Shown one piece after another: positions 1-8,789 of a stretch of DNA of 64,000 nucleotides. Source of the stretch: Halorussus marinus (lineage in GTDB: Archaea > Halobacteriota > Halobacteria > Halobacteriales > Haladaptataceae); assembly GCF_004765795.1 (NCBI RefSeq), contig NZ_SBIV01000010.1, positions 1 to 64,000 of the forward strand. Reading direction: 5' to 3'. A program made the position numbers and the translations under genes. The notes beneath the pieces were generated by a model. The model was not told where the DNA came from and did not search any database. It worked only from the letters and a program-made list of their open reading frames with translations. Position 1 is the stretch's first letter. Each line of letters starts with the position of its first letter.

Positions 1-70
1 CTAGTAGCGCGACGAACGCGACTACCAGCAGCCGCAGCACAGATTTCTTCCGTATTGTTTGGTGTGTCAT
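1..70 (-). CDS. N-terminus of a secreted/membrane protein (runs off the left edge)
   Basis: Hand translation from ATG at 70 gives MTHQTIRKKSVLRLLVVAFVALL..., a basic n-region plus hydrophobic h-region. It lies 50 bp downstream of the surface protein gene on the same strand. Confidence 0.7.
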   Translation of the reverse strand, partial: MTHQTIRKKSVLRLLVVAFVALL

Positions 71-120
71 CTTGTTGAGTTACCCCCAAATAAATTGGAA
101 GTCAAGTGGTGCTGCGGTCG

Positions 121-3100
121 TCAGTTGATCAGCCGAGGCCGGTCGAACGACTGCGACTCGGTGTACCAGGTATCCTCGGTCGCGAAGACCCAGTAGGCCT
201 CACCGGGGTTGAAGTTGCTGACCGTGATGTACTGGTATCCGTTGCCAACCTGGCCGTAGACAGCAGTCGAGCCGGAGACGCCGTCGGACACACTAGCGAG
301 CGCTTCGTTAGTGTTAGCGGCCTGCTGACCTTCCTGCCACTGGCCGACGAGGTTCCAGCCCTCTTCGAGCTGGGTGGCCTGCGGCGTGCCGCCGTCGTCG
401 TAGTCGCTCCCGCCGACGACGTTGTTGACGTTGACTTCGAATTCGGCGGACTCGTTGAGGGTCACGATGTACCCCTGGCCGCCCTGCATCGCGTCGAAGT
501 CCTGCTTGTCGTCAGGCTTCGCCGGGTTGTAGGTCTGCCACTCGCCGCCGTCGTAGGTCATGATGCTGTCGACGTTCTCTTCGCCGCCGAGCTGCGTCAC
601 GACCTCGCTGGCGGAGAGCTCACCGGACGCGGCGGGCACGGACACGAAGTTCGCGCCGGCCGAGAGCTGACTTTCGAGGGTAGCGACCTCGGTGTGTCCC
701 GTCGTGTCGTCGAAGTCGCCGAATCTCTCGTGGACGCCACTGGTGAACGTGACGTTGGGTGCGTCACCGGTCTGCACTGCTCCATCCACGGTTACCCTGA
801 GTTGGTTCGGCGCGGTCGGGTGCACGGCCAGAACGTTCTGAGTGTCGACGCCTTCGACGCTGGCGTCAATCTCGTCCGGCTCTTCGTGGATCGAGACCGG
901 CTCGTTGAACTGGACGTCGATGTGGGTGGTGTCACCGTCGTAGCTGGCGATCTCGGCGTCGACCGGCATCGGGTCGTTCGCATCAACGGCAGTCGAGCCG
1001 AAGTAACCCCAAGCGGACTCACCGCCAACCGCAGTGATGTCCTCCGCGGAGACATCGTAGTCACCGTCGCGCGGGACCTCGTACGTCGCTTCGTACGTGT
1101 AGGTACCGTCGTCGTTCTCGGTCTCCTCGAAGTGGTCCTTGTCGAGAGTCACGTCGAGGTTCTCACCTTCGACGACGAAGTCCTCCGACGAAAGGCGGAT
1201 CGCCAGTGAGTCGACTTCCTCGTCCGCGTCGAAGCTGACAGTGACGTTCTGACCGTCAGCCGAGACGTCTTCGGAGTAGACGTTGAACCCGACTTCGAAG
1301 ACGACCGAATTTTCGATCTCCTTGCCCACGGAGTCGGTCGCGTTGGACCAGATGTAGTCGTTTTCGCTGAGAGCCTCTGCGGTCACGTTCTCTTCGAGCG
1401 TGAGCGTGGCCATGAGGTTCTCTTCGTCGTACTCGACGCCGACGATTTCGTTGTTCTGGTCGCTCTCGTTCTTGTAGGTGAAGTTCGCCGTGGTCAGGTT
1501 TCCGCCGGAGCCGTTGAAGACCTGCTCGGAGAACTGCACCGTGATCTCGTTCGAGCCGTTCGTCGTCATCGCGGGACCGAGCATCTTCGGCGCGTCGCCG
1601 TCGGTCAGGTTGACGCTGACGGACGAGTTCACGCCGTTGCTGAGATCGTCGGTACCGCTAACAGCGTTGATCTGGACGGACTCGTTGTTCAGGTCGGCCG
1701 GCTGGACGACCTCGGTCGTGTGGATCGTGTAGGTCGTGCTCGCGTCACCGTCACCATGATCGGAGATGGAGACGTTTTCACCGTTGAACTCCGCGCTGGA
1801 GACCGGCTCGTTGAACGAGACGACGATTTCGTCAGTGCCCGCGTTCGTCTTGGCGGACGTGACATACGGACTCTCGGTGTCCTTCTCGACCGTGGCGATC
1901 ACCGAGTCGGTGTGCCCCTGAGCCGAGAGGTCTTCGACCTCGACCTTGATGCCGAGGTTGTCAGTGTCCGAGACCGTCGAGAGGTTGAGTTCCGTACTCA
2001 GGTCGAGGTTCTCACCCGGACCGACTTTGCTCTGCGAGTCGTTGATGTCCGCGTTCCCCACGACCGACACGGTCACGTCGACCGTCTCGGACGTGGTGAT
2101 GCTGAGACCACTGTACGGGTCGACGTTGCCGTTGTTGACATCGGCCGCGCTGTCGAGAGTGACCGAGGGACCGGTCGAGTCGCTCAGCGCGACAGCCTCG
2201 GTGCCGACGTTCGCACCGCCAGCGTCCTCGATAGCGCCCTGGCGGGCGTTGACGAGGTCGGTGCCGAGGGCCGAAGCGTCGACAGCGTCGTTGAGTTCGA
2301 GGGTGACGTGCGTCTTGCCCTCGTCCATGTACGAGCCCGTGACCGCGTCGATAGAGCTCGCACCGGCGTCGTTGTCGTCCTGATACGCGAAGTCGTCGGT
2401 GGTGAACGTTCCGTCGTCACCAACCGGGGAGACGCTCTCGTTGAACTCGACGACGACGGTGTTGGTACCGGCGTCAGCGTCGACGGACGTGATCTTCGGG
2501 AGGTACTGGTTGACGTGGAACGTTCCAGTCTCGTTGCTCGCGGCCTCGCCGAGTTCGCTGTCGGACGAGAGCGCGACGTAGTACCCGCTACCGTCGACTT
2601 CGGGAATTTCGAGCTTCTCGTCGATGTTGTCAGCGGGCTCGACGTCGCTTGCCGAGCCGAGGTCGGCGACGTGGACATCGCCGTTTGCGTTCTCTTGGTA
2701 GAGGTCGAAGCTGACAGTGGTGTTGACCTGGTCCTCGTAGTCGTACGTTACGGTGACGTTGTCACCGGGGCGCACGACGTTACCAACTTCGTCGACGGAG
2801 ACGTCGTTGATGTCGGGACCCTCGTCGTTGATGACGACGTAGGCTTCTTTGGTCTGGGTGCTGTTCTCGTTGCCGGCACTGTCGGTGACAGTGACGTTCA
2901 CCGCGTACGCGCCGTCAGTGAGGTTCGCCGAACCGCTATCGTAGTCGTCCAGGTCGATGGACAGCGACTTGCGCGTGTTATCGTCGACGTACTGCGAGTC
3001 GTCGATAGTGTACGCGTAGTCGTCACTCGAACCGTTGAGCGTGACGACGACCGACTCGGTGTTGTTCTCGTAGTAGTCGTACGTCACGTCGAGCAGTTCG

Positions 3101-4914
3101 TCGGACGCCGTACGGACCTCGCTGTTCGGCTTCTCGATGTCGAGCTGGCCGGGCGCGATGTCGTCGATTTCGACGACATCAGTCACAGTCGTATTGGCAC
3201 TGTTACCGAGCGAGTCCGTCACGTTGACCGTGATATTGTAGGTGCCGTTAGTGAAGCCCTGACCGCTGAAGCTATCAGCCGACGCGTTGTTCAGCGTGAG
3301 AGTTTCGGATCCGTCACTATCTGCGAGAACGGTGTAGGTCGCGTTGTTACCGTCACCGTCGGCAAACACGACTTCAACGGAACCGGCACCCATGTTGGGT
3401 TCGTCGAAGCTGTAGTCGACAGTGAGGGAGTCACCAGTCCGCTTGTACTGAGTTTTGGTCGGACTGTCGAGAGAGACATTCTTCGGAGCCGTACCGTCAA
3501 CGTCGAGAGCGCCCTTTTGAACGTCCGTCGCCGTGTTACCTGCCTCGTCCGTCACCGTGACGGTGAGGTTGTAGGTATCAGTACTCAGCCCCGTCGTGTC
3601 GAGGATGATCGAGTTGACACCAACATTCGTAGTCGTGTTGGTAGCGTACTCCTGCCCATCCAAGGTGAGAGCGGCCTTTACCGATGCGACACTGGATTCA
3701 GCATCGCCAGCAGTAAAGGTCGCGTTGACACTAGTCCCGGGCGCAACCGGAGAGGATTCTTTGATACCTTTAGCTGTTGCGGTGGGCTTTTTATCGTCAA
3801 TCCGGAGTGCGTTTGCTTCCTCAGCACTACCAGTTAGACTGCCCGATGTGGAATTTGTCTCGGCTACGATGTCGTAAGTGCCGTTGGATAGCGCAGTCAG
3901 ATCATCGATTGTGACTGAGCTGAAACTTTCGATATCCAGCTTCGTAATTTGGTCAGATCCATTCTCCACAGTGATGTCCACAGAGTTGACTTTATTTGCT
4001 GCGGAGACTTCCACAGTAAGGCTGTCACCACTCTGTAGAATCGCTTGTGAGCTCTGTGTCGGCGAATCAATAGTAACCGGCGGTGTATACGTCACCGCGT
4101 CACTCTTGGTCTTCTCATTCCCGGAGAAGTCAGTAGCAGTGACGGAGACATCGTTATTTCCGTCGTTCGCGGACACGCCCGAGCCATCAGACGGAATCTG
4201 GAAGGTACCGTTGTACGTCTTATCGTTAGACGTAGTCAGTTCCTCCGACTCTCCGAAACCGAATGCACTGAGGTCCGTCGTGACCGTATCGACACCTGCG
4301 TCGGCGTTGTCAGTGGCATTCGCACTGACGTAGAGCGTGTCACCGTCGGTGACGGTATCGTCACCGGCATTGTCGCGCACGGTGACATCGGAGACGGTCG
4401 GCTGAGTGTTGTCGATGAAGTTGAAGTTCGCCGTTGTGCTCTTGCTCGTATCGCCGCTGGTGATGTCATAGGAGACGGAACCGGTGCTGGTCACGCTACT
4501 GGTGTCGTACGTGACATCAAACGAGATCTCGGTAGCGCCGGTCTGGCCGCCATCTGCGAGCGATACTTCGGCCGTATTACCAGCCTGTGAAACTCCGGGA
4601 TCAAGAGACACTTTGTCTGAGTTACCTGTTGCGGCGTTATCAACCTGCTTGATTGTAGCACCTTTGTCAGTTGCCGTCGACAGGTCGACAGTAACAGTGT
4701 CCGTATTGCCGGAGTCAATTGCTATATCGAACGATACTGTTTGTGTGGTCGTACCTTCACTGATGGGGACGTTCCCCGCGCTCCCGCCAGAGAGCGATTC
4801 CGTGTTCGCAGCCGCAGTCCCCGCGAACGCCACGGTGCCTCCGAAGACGGAGACGACCATGAGCGCCGAGAGGAAGACGGCGCGAAGCTTGTCGCGTGTT
4901 TGTTCTCTAGTCAT
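121..4914 (-). CDS. Large secreted surface glycoprotein with repeated Ig-like/beta-sandwich domains
   Basis: Haloarchaeal surface-protein signal peptide (RDKLRAVFLSALMVVSVFGGTVAFAGTAAA). D/T/S/N-rich, with repeated 'Y.I.V.VTD.AGN' and 'V.FNE.V' units and many N-x-S/T sequons. ATG 4914 preferred; GTG 4932 is an alternative. Confidence 0.9.
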   Translation of the reverse strand: MTREQTRDKLRAVFLSALMVVSVFGGTVAFAGTAAANTESLSGGSAGNVPISEGTTTQTVSFDIAIDSGNTDTVTVDLSTATDKGATIKQVDNAATGNSDKVSLDPGVSQAGNTAEVSLADGGQTGATEISFDVTYDTSSVTSTGSVSYDITSGDTSKSTTANFNFIDNTQPTVSDVTVRDNAGDDTVTDGDTLYVSANATDNADAGVDTVTTDLSAFGFGESEELTTSNDKTYNGTFQIPSDGSGVSANDGNNDVSVTATDFSGNEKTKSDAVTYTPPVTIDSPTQSSQAILQSGDSLTVEVSAANKVNSVDITVENGSDQITKLDIESFSSVTIDDLTALSNGTYDIVAETNSTSGSLTGSAEEANALRIDDKKPTATAKGIKESSPVAPGTSVNATFTAGDAESSVASVKAALTLDGQEYATNTTTNVGVNSIILDTTGLSTDTYNLTVTVTDEAGNTATDVQKGALDVDGTAPKNVSLDSPTKTQYKRTGDSLTVDYSFDEPNMGAGSVEVVFADGDGNNATYTVLADSDGSETLTLNNASADSFSGQGFTNGTYNITVNVTDSLGNSANTTVTDVVEIDDIAPGQLDIEKPNSEVRTASDELLDVTYDYYENNTESVVVTLNGSSDDYAYTIDDSQYVDDNTRKSLSIDLDDYDSGSANLTDGAYAVNVTVTDSAGNENSTQTKEAYVVINDEGPDINDVSVDEVGNVVRPGDNVTVTYDYEDQVNTTVSFDLYQENANGDVHVADLGSASDVEPADNIDEKLEIPEVDGSGYYVALSSDSELGEAASNETGTFHVNQYLPKITSVDADAGTNTVVVEFNESVSPVGDDGTFTTDDFAYQDDNDAGASSIDAVTGSYMDEGKTHVTLELNDAVDASALGTDLVNARQGAIEDAGGANVGTEAVALSDSTGPSVTLDSAADVNNGNVDPYSGLSITTSETVDVTVSVVGNADINDSQSKVGPGENLDLSTELNLSTVSDTDNLGIKVEVEDLSAQGHTDSVIATVEKDTESPYVTSAKTNAGTDEIVVSFNEPVSSAEFNGENVSISDHGDGDASTTYTIHTTEVVQPADLNNESVQINAVSGTDDLSNGVNSSVSVNLTDGDAPKMLGPAMTTNGSNEITVQFSEQVFNGSGGNLTTANFTYKNESDQNNEIVGVEYDEENLMATLTLEENVTAEALSENDYIWSNATDSVGKEIENSVVFEVGFNVYSEDVSADGQNVTVSFDADEEVDSLAIRLSSEDFVVEGENLDVTLDKDHFEETENDDGTYTYEATYEVPRDGDYDVSAEDITAVGGESAWGYFGSTAVDANDPMPVDAEIASYDGDTTHIDVQFNEPVSIHEEPDEIDASVEGVDTQNVLAVHPTAPNQLRVTVDGAVQTGDAPNVTFTSGVHERFGDFDDTTGHTEVATLESQLSAGANFVSVPAASGELSASEVVTQLGGEENVDSIMTYDGGEWQTYNPAKPDDKQDFDAMQGGQGYIVTLNESAEFEVNVNNVVGGSDYDDGGTPQATQLEEGWNLVGQWQEGQQAANTNEALASVSDGVSGSTAVYGQVGNGYQYITVSNFNPGEAYWVFATEDTWYTESQSFDRPRLIN

Positions 4915-4970
4915 TTTTGTTTTGTTTGACACGTTTAATGTGCCCCGGCTGGGGAGATATCCAGCCTACG

Positions 4971-4994
4971 TACTGTAGGCACATACTGTCGGTA
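4971..4994. promoter_or_regulatory. Candidate operator, copy A of a 24-bp motif (TACTGTAGGCACATACTGTCGGTA)
   Basis: 18/24 identical to copy B at 5919-5942. Lies between a minus-strand TTTATA box (~5008-5013) and the surface protein start. Confidence 0.55.
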
Positions 4995-5134
4995 TATAGG
5001 CAGAGCATATAAAGCTATGGAAGGGATACATTTCAGAAGCTCTTAAGTAGAGAAGCCTTTGCGACCCCTGCCATCTTAGAGTCGCCTAAACCGGAGACGG
5101 GGGTCAGTAGTTCTGATGTCTTATGTTACAGAAA

Positions 5135-5425
5135 TTAGAGGTTTCCGTCTAATTCAGCTCTGATTAATTCCTCGAACTCCTCCGTCTGACCGTACGTTTC
5201 CCGGTGGTCGAGCACGATCCGCCCCTTCTGAGTGACCTCGTACAGACCGCTGTTTTCCGCGGGGCCAACACGCCGGACCAACCCCAAGCTCGACAGGTGC
5301 GGGAGCCGCGTGTTGATGTATCCGCGATTCTTATCGAGGATCAACGCGAGATTCTGGGCCGTATTTCGGCCCCGATCGTCGAGGATTTCGAGAATCTCGA
5401 AGTCCGTCGGCTTCGCGAGCTTCAT
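5135..5425 (-). CDS. Winged-helix transcriptional regulator, phiH1 repressor-like
   Basis: TDFEILE...RNTAQNLA...NRGYINTRLPHL...GLVRRVGP..NSGLYEVTQKG, a small haloarchaeal wHTH pattern. Confidence 0.8.
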   Translation of the reverse strand: MKLAKPTDFEILEILDDRGRNTAQNLALILDKNRGYINTRLPHLSSLGLVRRVGPAENSGLYEVTQKGRIVLDHRETYGQTEEFEELIRAELDGNL

Positions 5426-5464
5426 CGGTCTCGCTCCGCGAAATTGCCTGAGTGCCGATGCATA

Positions 5465-5488
5465 TACTATAGCTACCTACCGATAGTA
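5465..5488. promoter_or_regulatory. Candidate operator, copy C (TACTATAGCTACCTACCGATAGTA)
   Basis: Same TACT-N6-AC-N-TAC-N5-GTA frame, 40 bp upstream of the wHTH at 5425. Confidence 0.45.
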
Positions 5489-5561
5489 TTCGGTGAGATC
5501 GTACAAAAGGGTTGTGAACGGGAGAAAGAGAGTAGACTTCGAAAGTTTGGAGATCGAGCCC

Positions 5562-5861
5562 TCAGCTCTCGTCGCGTTCTTCCAGAAGATTATCGATTTC
5601 GGCGTCGAAGTCAACGTCCTCGGCGTGATACTTCGATCGGTTCTCCGCCACGGCTCGCCCCTTCTCGGTGATGACGTAGAGCCCGCTGTTGGGGGCCGGA
5701 CCAACCCGCTCGACGAGTCCGTAATCGGCCAAAACCGGCAATCGCGTGTTCACGTAGGCGCGGTTCTTATCGAGTTCGTGAGCCAGATTAACCGCGTTAT
5801 CGCGTTTTCCGTCGGCGAGGGCCGCCAAGATATCGAAGTCTGTAGGCGTAGTGAGTTTCAT
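5562..5861 (-). CDS. Winged-helix transcriptional regulator, paralog of 5135-5425
   Basis: MKLTTPTDFDIL...NLA..LDKNRAYVNTRLP.L...GLVERVGPAPNSGLY, colinear with its neighbour. Confidence 0.8.
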   Translation of the reverse strand: MKLTTPTDFDILAALADGKRDNAVNLAHELDKNRAYVNTRLPVLADYGLVERVGPAPNSGLYVITEKGRAVAENRSKYHAEDVDFDAEIDNLLEERDES

Positions 5862-5917
5862 TAATATACGCTACGTTGCGCTCCAGCGTATAAAGTCGGT
5901 TGATGCCAGCGACAAAA

Positions 5918-5943
5918 ATACTGAGAGTACATACTTTCAGTAT
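5918..5943. promoter_or_regulatory. Candidate operator, copy B; imperfect palindrome ATACTGAGAGTA-CA-TACTTTCAGTAT
   Basis: 12-bp arms with one mismatch, upstream of the wHTH at 5861. Confidence 0.6.
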
Positions 5944-6018
5944 GGAACCGACGAGCGATCGATTCGACCGCTAGAACGGAGGGCAAGGGAGTCTAGAAGT
6001 GGTAGAGTAGGCGCTCTC

Positions 6019-6303
6019 TTAGGATGTATCGGGCGAGTCCTGGAACTCGGCTCCGTCGGTTGCCTGCGCAGCGAGTTCGAGATGTTCGATGATCCGTTCG
6101 TGTTCTTCGATCGCTCGTTCGATGTGCCGGCACATCTCTTCGGAGTCTCCGTCCGCATCAGCATGATAGGTGTAGAGAAGGTGCTGTTCGAAAGCACGGG
6201 AAGAGTGAGCGTTCGCATCGAGTAATGACTTGGCTACGAGCCACTCCCAGTTCTGCCAGTCGTCGCCGTCGGATACCTCTTCCAATATATCGCGTTTGGC
6301 CAT
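6019..6303 (-). CDS. Small acidic hypothetical protein
   Basis: 94-aa acidic, helical-looking ORF with ATG start and an AT-rich upstream region; no recognised family. Confidence 0.6.
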   Translation of the reverse strand: MAKRDILEEVSDGDDWQNWEWLVAKSLLDANAHSSRAFEQHLLYTYHADADGDSEEMCRHIERAIEEHERIIEHLELAAQATDGAEFQDSPDTS

Positions 6304-6487
6304 GTGTCATCAAGTGAACTCTACTCACATATAAAATATTGTCTTTCTGAAATTTAAGCATCGCATACCTCCGCAATTTAAATGGGAAGAGTCATCCGGG
6401 GGAGAACACTACCGACATGGAATCGTTTTAACTATCAATATATTTCGAATCGAAATTCTATTACTGGTACCGCCGCATTCGACGGAC

Positions 6488-8620
6488 ATGGAAACGGTTT
6501 GTGCGAGTGATTATCACGACATCGTACAGGTCGCCGACCCGAGAGTCTCGCCCGACGGCGAGCGAGTCGCGTTCGTTCGGAAGGTACCGAGCGACGACGA
6601 GGAGTACGAGGCGACCGTCTACGTCGTCCCGATCGGCGGCGGCGAACCCCGGCAGTTCACGGTCGCCGAGGGAGTCGACAGCAGTCCGCGGTGGAGCCCG
6701 AGCGGCGATCGGCTCGCGTTCGTCAGCACTCGGGGGGCCGACGACGGCCGCCCGCAACTGTGGGTGATGCCGACCGACGGCGGCGAAGCCCGGCGGGTCA
6801 CCGACGTGGCGGGCGGCGTCTCTCAGATCGCGTGGTCGCCCGACGGGGACAAGATCGCGTTCGTCCAGCAGGCGACGGCCGACGACCGCGAGACGGGTCG
6901 GGACACCGGGCTCGACGGCGAGGAGTACGAGCCCGACCAGCCCGACCCCCGCGTCATCGACCGGATGGTCTACCGGGCCGGCGAGCGGTACTTCGACGGC
7001 CGGCGCGATCACGTCTACGTCGCGGACCTGCGAGCCGACGGTGACGGCTCGGAAGCCGCGAGCGGTCGGTCGCCGCGAGCGGCCGTCCGGCGGCTCACCG
7101 ACGGCGACTACGACCACACGACCCCCGAGTGGGGCGACGAGTCGACGCTGTACTTCGGCGTCCGGCGCACCGGCGATCCCGACGACAACATCGACCTCGA
7201 CGTCGTGGCCTACGACCTCGACGCCGACGGGGAGGCCGAGACCGTGGTCGAGACCACCGCGTGGGGCCCGATGCTGGCGGCCACGGGCGACGGCCGGATC
7301 GCCTACGCGGAGACCCCCGAGGAGAACGCCACGCTCCGACAGACGGAACTGAAGGTGATCGACCGCGAGACCGGGACCGTTACCACCCCGACCGAGGACC
7401 TCGACCGGACGCTCTCGGCGGACGTGTCGGTCCAGTGGGGCCCCGACGAGTCGGAGCTCTACTTCTCGACGCCCGACGAGGGCGACGTCGCGGTCTGGCG
7501 CGCGCCCGGCGACGCGAGCGCCGCCCCCGAGCGCGTGGTCGCGGACGGACACGTCTCGGGCGGGTCGGTCGGCGCGGACGCCGTGGCGTTCGTCAGGTCC
7601 GAGTGGGACCACCCCGGCGACGTGTTCGTGACGACGCGGGCCGGCGCCGAGACCAGACGACTCACCCGCGTCAACGCCGACTACCTCGACGACCGGGCGA
7701 TCGGTCGACCCGAGGAGATCCGCTTCGAGAACGAGTCGGGCGAGCAGATTCAGGGTTGGGTACTGACGCCGCCGGACTTCGATAGCGCGGCGTGGAACGC
7801 CGCGGAACAGTCGAGCGGCGACGAGCCGCGAGACCCCGACGAGCAGTACCCCCTCGCGGTCGAGATCCACGGCGGTCCCCACGCGATGTGGTCGACCAGC
7901 GGGACGATGTGGCAGGAGTTCCAGGTGTTGGCGGCGCGGGGGTACGTCGTCTTCTGGTCGAACCCCCGCGGGTCGACCGGCTACGGCGAGTCGTTCATGT
8001 CCGCGGTCGGCGAGGGCGGCTGGGGGCCGGTCGCCGCCGAGGACGTGCTGGCCGGCGTCGACGACGTGGTCGACCGGGAGTACGTCGACGCGGACGACGT
8101 GTTCGTCACCGGCGGGAGCTACGGCGGCTACATGACGACGTGGCTCGTCGGCCACACCGATCGCTTCTCGGGCGCGGTCAGCCAGCGGGGCGTCTACGAC
8201 CTCAACAGCTTCTACGGGTCGACCGACGCGTTCAAACTCATCGAGTGGGACTTCGACGCGACGCCGTGGGACGACCCCGAGTTCCTCTGGGAGAACTCCC
8301 CCGCGGCGTACGCCGATCGGGTCGACACCCCGACCCTGCTCGTCCACAGCGACGACGACTATCGCGTCCCGGTCAGCAACGCCGAGATGCTCTATCTCAT
8401 GTACAAGAAAAACGGCGTCGAGACCCGGCTGGTCCGATACCCCCGCGAGGGCCACGAGCTCTCGCGGAGCGGCGAGCCCGGCCACGTCGTCGATCGGCTA
8501 GAACGCATCGTCCGGTGGTTCGACGGCTACTCCGATCACCGCGACGTGGCGCCGGCGCTCGAACGCGGCGACGAGGGGCTGTCGGCGAGCGAGGACGATC
8601 CGGAGGCGAACGGCGAGTAG
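6488..8620 (+). CDS. S9 family (prolyl oligopeptidase/acylaminoacyl) peptidase
   Basis: N-terminal propeller repeats (WSPSG, WSPDG), IHGGP, nucleophile elbow GGSYGG, D(Y)RV and EGH catalytic motifs. Confidence 0.93.
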   Translation: METVCASDYHDIVQVADPRVSPDGERVAFVRKVPSDDEEYEATVYVVPIGGGEPRQFTVAEGVDSSPRWSPSGDRLAFVSTRGADDGRPQLWVMPTDGGEARRVTDVAGGVSQIAWSPDGDKIAFVQQATADDRETGRDTGLDGEEYEPDQPDPRVIDRMVYRAGERYFDGRRDHVYVADLRADGDGSEAASGRSPRAAVRRLTDGDYDHTTPEWGDESTLYFGVRRTGDPDDNIDLDVVAYDLDADGEAETVVETTAWGPMLAATGDGRIAYAETPEENATLRQTELKVIDRETGTVTTPTEDLDRTLSADVSVQWGPDESELYFSTPDEGDVAVWRAPGDASAAPERVVADGHVSGGSVGADAVAFVRSEWDHPGDVFVTTRAGAETRRLTRVNADYLDDRAIGRPEEIRFENESGEQIQGWVLTPPDFDSAAWNAAEQSSGDEPRDPDEQYPLAVEIHGGPHAMWSTSGTMWQEFQVLAARGYVVFWSNPRGSTGYGESFMSAVGEGGWGPVAAEDVLAGVDDVVDREYVDADDVFVTGGSYGGYMTTWLVGHTDRFSGAVSQRGVYDLNSFYGSTDAFKLIEWDFDATPWDDPEFLWENSPAAYADRVDTPTLLVHSDDDYRVPVSNAEMLYLMYKKNGVETRLVRYPREGHELSRSGEPGHVVDRLERIVRWFDGYSDHRDVAPALERGDEGLSASEDDPEANGE
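7045..7080 (+). repeat. Partial/variant copy of the in-frame palindromic element
   Basis: Hairpin CGGCT-CGGA-AGCCG followed by CGAGCGG-N7-CCGCGAG; encodes GSEAASGRSPRA inside the S9 peptidase. Confidence 0.5.
7783..7833 (+). repeat. 51-nt double-hairpin element in frame within the S9 peptidase
   Basis: TAGCGCGG-CGTGGAACG-CCGCGG-AACAG-TCGAGCGG-CGACGAG-CCGCGAGA, colinear with 47328-47378. Confidence 0.75.
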
Positions 8621-8789
8621 CGCGACGGCCGGTCCCCTGCGATGTTGTCTCACACCGAGGGCCGTTTCCGACCCCCCGAACGATCGGGCAGATCGGGCGA
8701 CTGCGACGGGCCGTTCACCTGAAACGAAGGGGTTCGATCGGGGCGAACCGCGGGTCGCGACCGATCGGTCGGTCGGGGCCGGCGGTGTG

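Noticed and set aside
106..3837. Long plus-strand ORFs (367 aa, 705 aa) opposite the surface protein
   Set aside because: Antisense shadows of a GC-biased gene; V/R/G-rich with no motifs. The same applies to most overlapping Arg/Pro-rich ORFs across the window.
5135..6400. Provirus suggested by phiH1-like repressors and low GC
   Set aside because: No integrase, structural or replication genes, att repeats or tRNA in the window.
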